Source of the DNA: an uncultured cyanobacterium
Lineage (GTDB): Bacteria > Cyanobacteriota > Cyanobacteriia > Cyanobacteriales > Cyanobacteriaceae
DNA length: 64,000 nt
Assembly: GCA_963749915.1 (NCBI GenBank)
Contig: CAVVOP010000008.1
Location: 416,001-480,000, forward strand
Reading direction: 5' to 3'
Part shown: piece by piece, positions 53,601 to 64,000 of the stretch
Position numbering within the stretch: the first letter of the stretch is position 1
Layout of the letters: every line of letters starts with the position of its first letter
Notes under the pieces: generated by a model
The model's input: the letters and a program-made list of their open reading frames with translations, nothing else
Database searches by the model: none
Told to the model about the DNA's origin: nothing
Translations under genes and position numbers: made by a program

Positions 53601-55085
53601 GAACTGGTGGAAGACTACCTCAATATGCCTGGTCGTAACGCCCCGGTGGCGATCCGTAAGATCGTCGGCAAGAACCGTTGCAGCTACGACTATCTGCTCA
53701 ATTGGCGGGGCTCATCCCTGGCCCTCACGGACAAAACTGGCCAGATCTACCAGGAATTTAAACAGGTGGGTACCTACGGGGAGCGTGATCCTCGTGCAGA
53801 AATCGCTGTACACGCCGGCATGGAATCTACCCCTGCTACCAATACCCGGCCAACTGGGGGAATCGCCGGAGTCGGCTACAATAGCCCGATCCGCAGGTAT
53901 GATGCGAGCAGCAGTACCTTTGATAATCCTGACCGGGCAGGCATGGCAGGCGGGGTTAATCCTTACCAATATGCCAATAATAACCCGATCTCCTATGGCG
54001 ACGATGGGAATGCTCCACTTCCTCTCCTGGTACTGGCTTATATTGGGACAGCAGGCTTGATAGCCAGTGTGGAAACCTTGGTAGAGCGCGGTTTCCACTC
54101 AATCTGGGGCGAATGCGATTTCGATTGGGGTAGCACCTGGTCTCGTAATCTGGCCATTGGCCTTGGAACTAACTGGATTCCAGGTGCGGTTTTTGTGAGG
54201 ATTGGCGGTAAAGCCTTAGGTCGAATTGCAATTCGCTCTGGGGCAAAGATGGGTGCTACTAAGCTAGCAATCAAGGCGGGGAGGGCGGCAGGCTATACAA
54301 CTTATCTAGGTACCTCTGCGGCCATCGAATACGGTGTTGACAAGAGCATCTTCAATTCAGGAGCCAGTTTGGGTCAGATCTTTGTAGGGAATATTGGAGG
54401 CGATCTAATTGGGGCTGGACTGAAGCGTGGCGTAAGAGGATTGGTGGCGCGGGTAAGACGTAAAGGGGCGATCCATGGGACAGCAGCTAATTCTCGGTTA
54501 AGGTGGCAAGATGATCCTCCTAATTTAGATCCAATCGATGATTTTACTAGCGATGCCCTTAATCCAGAACAACTTGTTATTTTAAGGAATCGTGCCCTTG
54601 ATTTTTTAAATAATGAAGCAGGTTATCGAGTTCCTGAGTGGATTCAATTCCACATATTGGAAGATGTTGATTTTGCGGCTCGTTTCAAATCATTACCAAA
54701 CGGCACTTATGCCACTTATCTATCTGCTTCAAGACCTGCTGAAAGATACTTTTGGTCTCACCAAATGAGCCCACGCCGAGGACAAAGAGGTGAAAATACA
54801 GGAATTTTAACAGGGTTAAATATGTACACAGGAGAGAATACAATTAATGTTTATGTGAAAAGATCTGTATTGGGAAATAGAGAATCGATTCTTGGTGTAT
54901 TTATACACGAAGCTCATGAACTTCAAGGATTGCTGGAGAAATTTCAGGAGAAGGGCTTGCAACAAGGACTCACTGCAGAAGAATTAAATGAACTGATCGA
55001 CTTTACAAGTGATGATAACCTTCATGGTAAAGCTTGGCTTTGGGCAGATTTTCAAGTAGAACAATATAGAAAGAAGCGACAATAA
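50645..55085 (+). CDS. Rhs/YD-repeat protein, 5'-truncated, with a putative C-terminal toxin domain
   Basis: Many YDxxGR repeats; core end PDRAGMAGGVNPYQYANNNP; Gly/Ala-rich hydrophobic segment; terminal domain with HEAHE...H. The annotated ATG 50637 lies inside the IS IR. Confidence 0.85.
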
Positions 55086-55128
55086 TGGATAATGATTGAG
55101 ACTCGCTGAAGTGCGTTAGGGCTCGCTT

Positions 55129-55205
55129 AGGATCGGTCCATAAATAACTGTCGCATTCTGAGGGATGGCTCGATAATTCCATTTCGGCAACAAATCATCA
55201 AACAT
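55129..55205 (-). mobile_element. Possible 3' remnant of an ISAzo13-like element
   Basis: Reverse strand MFDDLLPKWNYRAIP resembles the WNY-type C-terminus of ISAzo13 transposases. Confidence 0.35.
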
Positions 55206-55374
55206 CAAGCATCTGCTAGGGGTAGGGAAAAGATAAAAAGCTCTTAAAAAGAGTTAATTTGCTGGTTAAAGACATCATTGGAAATCCCTTTGACGGAATT
55301 GGTAAACCTGAACCTCTCAAAGTCATCAGGTTAGGTTAAGATATGAAAATTATTTTAGAAGTGATCTTTCATTT

Positions 55375-56295
55375 ATGAGTAATTTAACAGGTAGAGATTT
55401 ATTAAGTATCGCAGACTTGAACACAGAAGAAATCAAAATAGTATTAGACTTAGCCGCTGATCTCAAAGGTAGCAAACAAAAATTTAACTCGAATAAAACC
55501 TTAGGATTATTATTTTATAAAGCCTCCACCCGCACTCGTGTATCCTTCAGCGTCGCAATGTATCAATTGGGTGGTAACGTCATCGACTTAAATCCAAGTC
55601 GGACACAAGTGGGCAGAGGAGAACCTTTAGAAGATACCGCAAGAGTGTTAGGTCGTTATTTAGATATATTAACAATTCGTACCTTTGCCCAAGAAGATCT
55701 ACAAAATTTTGCTGATCATAGTAATATTCCTATTATCAACGCTTTAACGGATTTAGAGCATCCCTGCCAAATTTTAGCGGATTTACAAACCATTCGAGAA
55801 TCCTTCGGCACTTTAGAAGGTATCACCATGACTTATCTAGGAGATGGTAATAATGTGGCACATTCTCTTTTATTAGGGGGTGTTTTAATGGGGATGAATG
55901 TGCGCATCGCCAGCCCTGAAGGTTATTTGCCGAATCCTGAGATTGTCCAACAAGCTCAAGCCTTGGCCACCAAGCCCGAACAAGTTATAATTACCCATGA
56001 CCCTAAAGCCGCCGCCGAAAATGCTCAAGTTTTATATACAGATGTATGGGCGAGTATGGGGCATGAAGAAGAAACTGCGGAAAGAATACCCATTTTTCAA
56101 CCCTATCAAATCAACCAAGAATTGGTTAACCTTGCTGATGATTCGGCGATAATTCTCCATTGTCTTCCTGCCTATCGAGAAAAGGAAATTACGACAGAGG
56201 TAATGGAAGGAAAACAATCTCGTATATGGGATCAGGCAGAGAATAGAATGCACGCACAAAAGGCACTTATAGCTTGTCTTTTGGGTTTAGCATAA
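55375..56295 (+). CDS. argF: Ornithine carbamoyltransferase
   Basis: STRTR, HPCQ, DVWASMG and HCLP. Confidence 0.96.
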   Translation: MSNLTGRDLLSIADLNTEEIKIVLDLAADLKGSKQKFNSNKTLGLLFYKASTRTRVSFSVAMYQLGGNVIDLNPSRTQVGRGEPLEDTARVLGRYLDILTIRTFAQEDLQNFADHSNIPIINALTDLEHPCQILADLQTIRESFGTLEGITMTYLGDGNNVAHSLLLGGVLMGMNVRIASPEGYLPNPEIVQQAQALATKPEQVIITHDPKAAAENAQVLYTDVWASMGHEEETAERIPIFQPYQINQELVNLADDSAIILHCLPAYREKEITTEVMEGKQSRIWDQAENRMHAQKALIACLLGLA

Positions 56296-56435
56296 CAGGA
56301 TAATTGATAATTGATGATTAATTTATTCACTGTCAAGGATGGTTAACCCGAAAGAACATTGATGTCAAGCAATTGCAACAAAAATTTACATAAGTTAATA
56401 TAAAAGGGTAGTCAAGAAAAAAGAACTCGAAAATT

Positions 56436-56657
56436 ATGGCAATCTTAATTTCATTATTTATTATTGGTTGGTTAGTCGCTTCTATTATTGGTACTCAAGC
56501 GTACTTTTTGGGTGAACAAACAAAGCCGATTCATGAACGCAACTGGAACTCAGAATCTTTTGATCAATTGGCGAAATCTTTCACAGGTAAACAAACCGAT
56601 TATTTAGAAAGAGTCCCCGCATACACTGTGGATGCTTACAACGCAATTACCAATTAG
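56436..56657 (+). CDS. Small single-TM protein, Psb35-related family
   Basis: GWLVASIIGTQAYF..EQTKPIHERNW. Confidence 0.65.
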   Translation: MAILISLFIIGWLVASIIGTQAYFLGEQTKPIHERNWNSESFDQLAKSFTGKQTDYLERVPAYTVDAYNAITN

Positions 56658-56746
56658 GTTCGGAGTTCGGAGTTATTAAAAATAAATATTTTATATATTC
56701 CCTATTTCCTTTCTTCACAACTAAATTTACCTAGTAGCATGCCCTC

Positions 56747-56776
56747 AAAGGTTTGAAATATCAAGCCTTTTTTTTT
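56747..56776 (+). terminator. Intrinsic terminator
   Basis: AAAGGTTTGA-AATA-TCAAGCCTTT followed by a T-run. Confidence 0.6.
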
Positions 56777-56777
56777 G

Positions 56778-56802
56778 GGAACAAATTTGAACTCATGGCG
56801 TC
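56778..56802 (+). promoter_or_regulatory. Candidate ECF-sigma promoter
   Basis: GGAAC-N16-CGTC about 40 bp upstream of an envelope protein gene. Confidence 0.35.
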
Positions 56803-56842
56803 AGAATAGTTAATTAATTAACTATTTGGGAACAAAAAAATT

Positions 56843-57631
56843 ATGTTTAAATCTACTCCTGTGAACGGTAAAACTAGCAAGAAAATCGTTGCTTTAACTC
56901 TTTCTATGACTACGATATTGAGTCTTGTGCCTATCACTCCTTCCTTGGCCAAACCTGATCAACAATCTCGTTATAATTCTCCTCAATCTCCCTTTACACT
57001 GATTTCCAACAACTCTAAACATAACAATAGAAGACTTAGACCCAATAATTATCATAATCTTAATTCCAACGGGAAGAATAATCCTAATGTTCTGTCTCAA
57101 TTATTGAACTCCGGAAGTTTAAACGTTGGTACAATTATTTACACGACTCTCCCATCAGCCAATAAAATTTTAGTCACCCCAGAAGAAACTATGGCTGTCA
57201 CTTTAGTGGTTAGAGAAGATGTCACAGACAGTTATAATCAAGTCGTTATCCCCTCTGGGAGTGAAATTGCCGGGGAAATTCTTCCCTCCGGGCAAGGTTC
57301 AAGATTTGCCGCTAATACTTTAATTTTAGGAAATGGCAATGAGTACCCCATCAGTGCCACTTCTCCCGTTGTTACTACTACTGAAACTGTTTCTACGGGA
57401 AAAAATAACAATGCTATCTGGCAAGGGGCGTTAGTTGGTGCGGCGGCTGGTACTATTATTTCTGCTATTACGGGAGACAAGGCGATCGCGACGGAAGAAG
57501 TTTTAGGAGGTGCTGGTTTAGGTGCTTTAGCTGGTTTATTATTACGAGGTGATTACACTCAAGAATTTATTTCTATTAATCCTGAACAAGATCTAAATTT
57601 AACTTTAACCTCTAATTTGACGATTGATTAG
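56843..57631 (+). CDS. Secreted TrbI/S-layer-like protein with glycine zipper
   Basis: Signal peptide, VVIPSGSEIAG and GALVGAAAGTIISAITGDKAI. Confidence 0.6.
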   Translation: MFKSTPVNGKTSKKIVALTLSMTTILSLVPITPSLAKPDQQSRYNSPQSPFTLISNNSKHNNRRLRPNNYHNLNSNGKNNPNVLSQLLNSGSLNVGTIIYTTLPSANKILVTPEETMAVTLVVREDVTDSYNQVVIPSGSEIAGEILPSGQGSRFAANTLILGNGNEYPISATSPVVTTTETVSTGKNNNAIWQGALVGAAAGTIISAITGDKAIATEEVLGGAGLGALAGLLLRGDYTQEFISINPEQDLNLTLTSNLTID

Positions 57632-57694
57632 GTTCAGCAGATGAGACATAAAATCTTAATAAAAGCTATCAGCTAAACCACATAGAATTCAATT

Positions 57695-58285
57695 CTACAC
57701 TCCCAACTCCGAACCCCTAACGCCGAACTGAGTGCTATGATTTTCTGTGTGGGCAAAATCATAATAATCCTTGATTAATTGAGATACTAATTGATGTTTA
57801 ATCCGCATTAATACACCCCTCAATAAACTATTCCCCGTGCTTTGTAACAGAGATTTTGGGGTTAACCATAAAGGCGGTGGTAAATCGACTTTTACTGTTA
57901 AATTCGCCTTTCCCTGTAAATAAATTTGATTATCTATTTCTGCGGGGGTTAATTTGCCTTTAAGATCAAGGGAAAATCGCCGATTAATATATTCAATGCC
58001 TTTAATTTCGCAGGACTCTGATTTTAAATAGACATTACCGGACGCACCAGCCCAAACTTTCAAGATAACAGTGGGCTGAAAATAGTATATATTGGAAAAA
58101 TTAAGGGGGTGCATTTGTAATTGATAACAATCATTGCCTAACACTTTCATTAACCTTTCATCGGCGATGGCCTTAACTAATCGAAAAGGTTGTCTGAGAT
58201 AATGTTGAATGGGGATAGTTTGCTGTTTTACTTCTAGGTTAACGATCTCTTCAGCCTGAAAATGAATTTCGCTATTGTTAAACAA
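57695..58285 (-). CDS. DUF1997 family protein
   Basis: PIQHYLRQPFRLV, FQPTV and LPPPLWLTP. Confidence 0.8.
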   Translation of the reverse strand: MFNNSEIHFQAEEIVNLEVKQQTIPIQHYLRQPFRLVKAIADERLMKVLGNDCYQLQMHPLNFSNIYYFQPTVILKVWAGASGNVYLKSESCEIKGIEYINRRFSLDLKGKLTPAEIDNQIYLQGKANLTVKVDLPPPLWLTPKSLLQSTGNSLLRGVLMRIKHQLVSQLIKDYYDFAHTENHSTQFGVRGSELGV

Positions 58286-58345
58286 TGATTTACACTCTCT
58301 TAAAATAGGTTAATTGTTAATTGTTAATTGTTAATTGATTATTGA

Positions 58346-59512
58346 TTATTGATGCATAGCTTTGGCTAATTCTGCCGCTACTTTCGGGCGAGAAAATTGT
58401 GGAGGTGGTAATTCGCCACGACGCAACATTTCTCTTACTTTTGTACCAGATAAGTGAATCCGTTGTTCTTTTGTCGCAGGGCTAGTTTTAGATGTAGCCA
58501 TTTGTTCCGTTAAAGTACAATAGAAAGCGTGTTCAAACATCATGGGAGTAATACCTAATTCTTCAGGCTTGAACTCATCAAAAATTAATTGGGCATCATA
58601 AGTACCATAATAATCGCCAACTCCCGCGTGATCTCTGCCGACAATAAAGTGAGTACAACCATAGTTTTTGCGGATTAAAGCATGAAAAATAGCTTCTCTT
58701 GGTCCAGCGTAACGCATAGCGGAGGGATTAATGGCTAAAACAACCCTATTTTGGGGGAAATAGTTATCTACCATAATCTCATAACAGTTCATGCGCACAT
58801 CCGCAGGAATATCATCGCTTTTTGTCGCACCAACGAGAGGATGTAAAAATAAACCGTCAACGATTTCCAAGGCACATTTAATGATATATTCATGGGCACG
58901 GTGAATGGGGTTACGAGTTTGGAAACCGACAACAGTCTTCCAGCCTCGATCTGCGAACATTTTACGGGATTCGGCAGGATCAAGTTGATAGCTAGGAAAT
59001 AAAGGATGGGGATCTCTTTGTAGTAACCAAATAGGTCCAGCTAAATTGATTTCTCCTTGTTCATATATGACTTTAACCCCTGGATGAGCTTCTTCATCAG
59101 TACGATAAACATTGATCGCTTCGTGAGCCTTATTATAGCGATATTTTTGGGTAAGTTCTAAAACACCGACAAACCGACCATGAGGATCGTCTAAACGTAT
59201 CCAACTACCTTCTTTTAGTGGTTCTGCTACTTTTTCAGTTACCGACAAGGTTACAGGCACGGACCAAGGAAGTCCATTCATTAAACGCATTTCTGTTACT
59301 ACTCTTTCGTAGTCCTCTTGTCCCATAAAGCCATTAAGGGGACTAAAACCGCCAATGGCAATCATAACAAGATCAGAGGTTGCCCTTTCGTCTAATTGCA
59401 CTCTGGGTAATTTATCTGCCTGTGCTATAAATTCGTCTCTTTCGGCAAGGGTTGCGATCCTATTTACTAAATGTCCTCCGTGAGGTGCTATCGTTTCTAT
59501 GGTCTTACTCAT
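58346..59512 (-). CDS. sat: Sulfate adenylyltransferase
   Basis: [19 protein letters not shown] and VGRDHAG. Confidence 0.96.
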   Translation of the reverse strand: MSKTIETIAPHGGHLVNRIATLAERDEFIAQADKLPRVQLDERATSDLVMIAIGGFSPLNGFMGQEDYERVVTEMRLMNGLPWSVPVTLSVTEKVAEPLKEGSWIRLDDPHGRFVGVLELTQKYRYNKAHEAINVYRTDEEAHPGVKVIYEQGEINLAGPIWLLQRDPHPLFPSYQLDPAESRKMFADRGWKTVVGFQTRNPIHRAHEYIIKCALEIVDGLFLHPLVGATKSDDIPADVRMNCYEIMVDNYFPQNRVVLAINPSAMRYAGPREAIFHALIRKNYGCTHFIVGRDHAGVGDYYGTYDAQLIFDEFKPEELGITPMMFEHAFYCTLTEQMATSKTSPATKEQRIHLSGTKVREMLRRGELPPPQFSRPKVAAELAKAMHQ

Positions 59513-59577
59513 ATATATTAATTAAGATTCTGTCAGAATTTATCGTATCAAGCAATGAGACAATGGACAATTAGCAA

Positions 59578-60987
59578 TTAAGAATTTATCGGGTAAACCA
59601 TTTGTCGCAGGTCAATACATTCATCAAATTCTGCTTCGGTGAGATAACCTAATTCTAAAGTGGCTTGTTTGAGAGTAAGATCTTTTTCATGGGCAACATG
59701 GGCTATCTTTGAGGCTTTATCATAACCAATTTTGGGACTAAGGGCAGTTACCAACATCAAGGATTGATTAACTAATTTTTCAATACGTTTAACATTAGGT
59801 TTCATCTCCTTAATCATAAAATCAGTAAAGTTACTACAGCTATCCGCTAAAATTTTGATGGACTGGAGAACATTATAAACCATCATCGGCTTGTAAACAT
59901 TCATCTCTAAATAACCACTAGCTCCGGCAAAACTGACGGCTGTATCATAACCCATTACTTGAACTGCTACCATAGCTAGGGCTTCGCATTGAGTAGGATT
60001 GACTTTCCCCGGCATTATAGATGATCCCGGCTCATTTGCTGGTAATTCTAACTCATTAAATCCAGCTCTGGGCCCACAAGCTAATAGACGAATATCGTTG
60101 GCGATCTTGTACAATGAACAAGCGAGAGTTTTGAGTACTCCGCTTAACATTACCATTGCATCGTGGGAACCCATGACGGTGAATTTATTGGCTGCGGTAA
60201 TAAAGGGTAAACCCGTCAACTCGGCGATATGATGGGCCGATTTCTCGGCAAACCCGATGGGTGCATTTATACCTGTGCCCAAGGCAGTGCCTCCTAATGC
60301 TAATGGATAAATACCGGGTAAGGCTTGGTTAATTCTGGTTAGGTTATCATTTAACATCCCTACATAGCCTGAAAATTCTTGTCCTAAACTTAAGGGAACT
60401 GCGTCTTGTAAATGAGTTCTGCCAATTTTGATAATTTCTTTCCATGCCTCAGCTTTTTCCTGTAAAGCATCTCTTAATTTAATGACTTGCGGGATTAAAC
60501 GTTCATGAATAGCGATCGCAACGGCAATATTCATGGCTGTGGGAAAGGCATCATTAGAAGATTGAGACATATTCACATCATCGTTGGGATGGATGGGATT
60601 TTTACTACCTAATTCCCCCCCCACCATTTCAATGGCACGATTGGCGATAACTTCGTTAACATTCATATTCGATTGTGTACCGCTTCCTGTCATCCAAACA
60701 TATAACGGAAAATGATCATCTAAGTTACCCGCCAAAATTTCATCGACAACTTCGGCTATTAATTGGGCTTTTTCCGCAGATAATACCCCTAATTCTTGAT
60801 TTGTGATAGCAGAGGCTTTTTTGACCATGGCAAGGGCTTTTATTACTTCCACGGGCATTTTATCTTCGCCAATGGAGAAATAATGTAATGAGCGTTGAGT
60901 TTGTGCCCCCCAATAGCGATCGCATTGTACCTCAATTTCTCCCATGCTATCTTTTTCAATGCGGGTATTTTTGTTGGGATCAGTCAT
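59578..60987 (-). CDS. fumC: Class II fumarate hydratase
   Basis: [13 protein letters not shown] and [11 protein letters not shown]. Confidence 0.95.
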   Translation of the reverse strand: MTDPNKNTRIEKDSMGEIEVQCDRYWGAQTQRSLHYFSIGEDKMPVEVIKALAMVKKASAITNQELGVLSAEKAQLIAEVVDEILAGNLDDHFPLYVWMTGSGTQSNMNVNEVIANRAIEMVGGELGSKNPIHPNDDVNMSQSSNDAFPTAMNIAVAIAIHERLIPQVIKLRDALQEKAEAWKEIIKIGRTHLQDAVPLSLGQEFSGYVGMLNDNLTRINQALPGIYPLALGGTALGTGINAPIGFAEKSAHHIAELTGLPFITAANKFTVMGSHDAMVMLSGVLKTLACSLYKIANDIRLLACGPRAGFNELELPANEPGSSIMPGKVNPTQCEALAMVAVQVMGYDTAVSFAGASGYLEMNVYKPMMVYNVLQSIKILADSCSNFTDFMIKEMKPNVKRIEKLVNQSLMLVTALSPKIGYDKASKIAHVAHEKDLTLKQATLELGYLTEAEFDECIDLRQMVYPINS

Positions 60988-61115
60988 AAAATTTCTTATA
61001 AGAATAACAATCAATTAAATATTATCGTTAAATATTTGTTTAAGTCAGACAGTAATAATAAAAACTATCATGAAGACGCTGCGATGTGCAAAGTTGATTT
61101 TTGGTTAATCGATAC

Positions 61116-61955
61116 TCAAGTTAGCGAATTTTTACTCTTTAAACTATAATAAACATTGCTCTCTACATCAGTATTTAATTCTTTTAAATTGTTACCCAAT
61201 TTAATAGTATTTCTTTTCGTTGAAGTAAGTTTAAAATATTCATTTTCTTTAATATTTTGAACAATCATCGTTTCTTTAATTTTATCTTTTAAATATTGAA
61301 TTTCAGAATCTAATAATAACCATTGTTCCTCAATTTCTTTGTATCTTTTACTTAATAAATATAAACTTTTATTCAGAGGATTATTCTCTATTGTTAATGT
61401 TAATTTTACTAATTTATGATAAATTTGAGCTAAATAAATACAGTCCATTTTTGCATATTCCAACTGTTTTTTGTACAATGGTCTGATACCCCAATTGCTG
61501 ATCTGTTCTTCTTTACTCAAATTTTTAAAATCTGTTAAATATTCCGTTAATGTCTTTAAAGAATAGCTTTTTACTGGGAGAAAATGATAAGGAAATTCTT
61601 TAGCTAATTTTAAAGTACAAACAACATTTTTAGCTTTGGTTTTGCCTAACAATCTTAGATCATAATCGGCATTATGAAAAACTTTTTTAATTGATTCATT
61701 TACCATAATATTATCAATAAAAAAATTAATCAAATCTGGCTTATCTAATACATCCAACATATAAGTACGATTACCGTTAAGATTATCTCCATAAGCTAAT
61801 ACTTGAATTAAAGATAAACGAGGATTTCTAGTTTTATAATCGGCCACCTCCGTATCTAACCAGAGAATATCTGTTTGTGTTAAATCGAGAATAATATTTT
61901 TTATCTCATCTATATCTGTTAAATAAATCATGTTGTTCAATGGTTTTATGAACAT
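61116..61955 (-). CDS. RNase D-like DEDDy 3'-5' exonuclease
   Basis: WLDTE, FHNADYDL and QLEYAKMD. Confidence 0.85.
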   Translation of the reverse strand: MFIKPLNNMIYLTDIDEIKNIILDLTQTDILWLDTEVADYKTRNPRLSLIQVLAYGDNLNGNRTYMLDVLDKPDLINFFIDNIMVNESIKKVFHNADYDLRLLGKTKAKNVVCTLKLAKEFPYHFLPVKSYSLKTLTEYLTDFKNLSKEEQISNWGIRPLYKKQLEYAKMDCIYLAQIYHKLVKLTLTIENNPLNKSLYLLSKRYKEIEEQWLLLDSEIQYLKDKIKETMIVQNIKENEYFKLTSTKRNTIKLGNNLKELNTDVESNVYYSLKSKNSLT

Positions 61956-61971
61956 TATAAATAAATTATTG

Positions 61972-63471
61972 TTATTTGGAGGTATCTATGACTTTGACAA
62001 AAGGTTTTTCTGCCTCCGTAAAAAGTTCTAATTTAGCCTGTTGTTGTTCTAGTAATTCACAAGTCGCATCAGAAATATCTCCTCTCCTTTGACGAATGCG
62101 ATCATAAAGAATATTCAAAGGTGCAGTGCAATAAAGAATTTGTAAATTAATGTTTTCAGTGGTGGCAAATTCAATAATGGGTTGACGTAAAGAAATGCGA
62201 TCATATTTAGCATCTAAAATAACCGTAAATCCTTGTTGTGTTAACAATTTTCCTAAGTTAAATAAACGCTGATAAGTTTTCTGAGTCATTTCTGAAGAAT
62301 AGAGATAATTTTGCCCTTTTTCCTCCAAGGATATTCCAGCTAAATGTTTTCTGACGGCATCTGAACGAATGTGTATTCCATTTAGTTGCTTTGCCATTTG
62401 ATTCCCAATAGTGCTTTTTCCTGACCCTGATAAACCAGATATTAAAATTATTTTTCCTTGAGATCTTTGAGTATATTTCCAAGCTAAATAATAATATTCT
62501 TCTGCTACTTTTTGAGCCTGTTTTTTTTCTATTTTGGGAATAGCAGGATCATCCAATAAAAAAGATGAAACCTTTGCTCTGACATAGGCTTGACGACAGA
62601 GGTATAAGGGTAAAACTTGTAATCCTTCCCAGTCTCCTGTTTGTTCTAAATAAGTGTTAAGAAAAACATTTGCTAACTCTTTTTCCCCTTTAGAATCAAG
62701 ATCCATAACTGTAAAAGCCACATCATATATTACATCAACAAAGCGAAACGATTCATTAAATTCGATACGGTCAAACAGTTGAATTTTATTGTTCCAGATG
62801 CAGATATTTTTAAGATGGAGATCTCCATGACATTCTTTTATTTTATGATTGATTTGTCGTTCCCTGAAAATATGCTGATGAGAAGTTAAAAAATTATCGG
62901 TAAAGTCTTTGGTTTGTTGATATTTTTCCGCGGTTTGAGCTATCCCAATATATTTCTCTGTCTGTTGGTAATTTTCACTAATAGATTGTCCAATTTTTTC
63001 CACTGTACCAAAACTACAAATATAATCATTGGTGTGAGTATTTTTATGAAACTCTGCCACTAATTTTCCTAATTCTTTCATATGTTTTTCTCTTAATTTA
63101 CCAGCTTTAAAAATGTTAATTAAGAGATTTTCTTGGGAAAACTGCCTCATTTTTAAAACATAATCAATGATTTTACGACTATCATTTAAAATAAATTTTT
63201 GATCTATATAACTGATAGGAATTACTCCGATATAAAGGTCGGGAGTGATAGCCTGATTTATTCTTAATTCTTCTTCCAGAAAATATTTTCGTTTATCAAT
63301 AGTGGAATAATCCAAAAAGCCAAAATCAACAATTTTTTTAAGCTTATAAACATAATCTCCTGTTAAAAAAACCGTTGAGCAGTGAGTTTGTATGACCTGA
63401 ATGGGAAGTTGAACACAATGGGGATAAAAATTCTCTTGTTGCATTGTTTCGATTAATGGAGCTTGAGACAT
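61972..63471 (-). CDS. Aminoglycoside-phosphotransferase-like kinase fused to a P-loop (AAA_33) kinase
   Basis: QTHCS, CHGDLHLKNI, DRIEF and GLSGSGKS. Confidence 0.88.
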   Translation of the reverse strand: MSQAPLIETMQQENFYPHCVQLPIQVIQTHCSTVFLTGDYVYKLKKIVDFGFLDYSTIDKRKYFLEEELRINQAITPDLYIGVIPISYIDQKFILNDSRKIIDYVLKMRQFSQENLLINIFKAGKLREKHMKELGKLVAEFHKNTHTNDYICSFGTVEKIGQSISENYQQTEKYIGIAQTAEKYQQTKDFTDNFLTSHQHIFRERQINHKIKECHGDLHLKNICIWNNKIQLFDRIEFNESFRFVDVIYDVAFTVMDLDSKGEKELANVFLNTYLEQTGDWEGLQVLPLYLCRQAYVRAKVSSFLLDDPAIPKIEKKQAQKVAEEYYYLAWKYTQRSQGKIILISGLSGSGKSTIGNQMAKQLNGIHIRSDAVRKHLAGISLEEKGQNYLYSSEMTQKTYQRLFNLGKLLTQQGFTVILDAKYDRISLRQPIIEFATTENINLQILYCTAPLNILYDRIRQRRGDISDATCELLEQQQAKLELFTEAEKPFVKVIDTSK

Positions 63472-63610
63472 GTTTAAGTTTATAAAGTCAATAAAATAAT
63501 AGATTTATCTATCCAATCAAGTTTAAACATTTATGCAAGGTGAAGAGAATTTTTTTCATGACGACTGACTCCTCTGACGGCCAGATTTTTTGACTTTTGC
63601 AAGAGGTCTA

Positions 63611-64000
63611 TTAACTCTTTTTTTCTGTTTTTAACTTGCCATATCTTGTATATAACTTGGGGACGAAAAATTGCTCATTTAATGGTGGGCGTACGTAGTC
63701 CTCAGGAGCTTTTTTCCGTGGTGGCAGTTCCATTGGTTCAGGAGTCATGTCAACGTAGGGAATTTTGCTGAGGACATGACTAATACAATTAAGACGAGCA
63801 CGCTTTTTATCATCAGCATCCACCGTAAACCAGGGTGCTTCGGGAATATTGGTATAAGAAAACATAGTATCCTTTGCTTGGGAATATTCAGCCCAGCGAT
63901 CGCGAGATTCCAGGTCCATGGGGCTTAACTTCCAACGACGGGCTGGGTCTGTTGTCCGAGACTGGAAACGCCGCTCTTGTTCATCATCACTCACGGAGAA
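63611..64000 (-). CDS. ppk2: Polyphosphate kinase 2, 3' part (runs off the window)
   Basis: EQERRF...WKLSPMD...APW...DDKKRARLN. Confidence 0.92.
   Translation of the reverse strand, partial: FSVSDDEQERRFQSRTTDPARRWKLSPMDLESRDRWAEYSQAKDTMFSYTNIPEAPWFTVDADDKKRARLNCISHVLSKIPYVDMTPEPMELPPRKKAPEDYVRPPLNEQFFVPKLYTRYGKLKTEKKS

Overview
AT-rich cyanobacterial chromosome segment (frequent HIP1 GCGATCGC, SLH-OprB porins, Ycf66 and Psb35-related genes; Cyanobacterium/Geminocystis-like by gene style, which is inference). Housekeeping genes (lpxD, der, shc, argF, sat, fumC, ppk2) are interleaved with GC-richer accessory blocks. (1) A porin-aspT-gadB-class II glutamine amidotransferase-aspD decarboxylase/antiporter locus, interrupted by a decayed group II twintron. 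(2) A grrP-grrA-grrM radical-SAM cyclophane (triceptide) RiPP locus with an extremely Arg-rich core. (3) A nested IS graveyard (IS5, ISL2-like, IS630, IS1634, IS4) over plasmid/phage remnants at 21-28 kb. (4) A porin-SET domain-hybrid histidine kinase operon. (5) A broken giant Rhs/YD toxin-like gene with N-terminal helix-hairpin-helix domains, cut by an ISKra4 element. Other signals are tiny GATC/HIP1-targeted insertions (one demonstrably frameshifts a gene), a squalene-hopene cyclase with two altered active-site residues, and widespread pseudogenisation. No CRISPR array, rRNA or tRNA was recognised.
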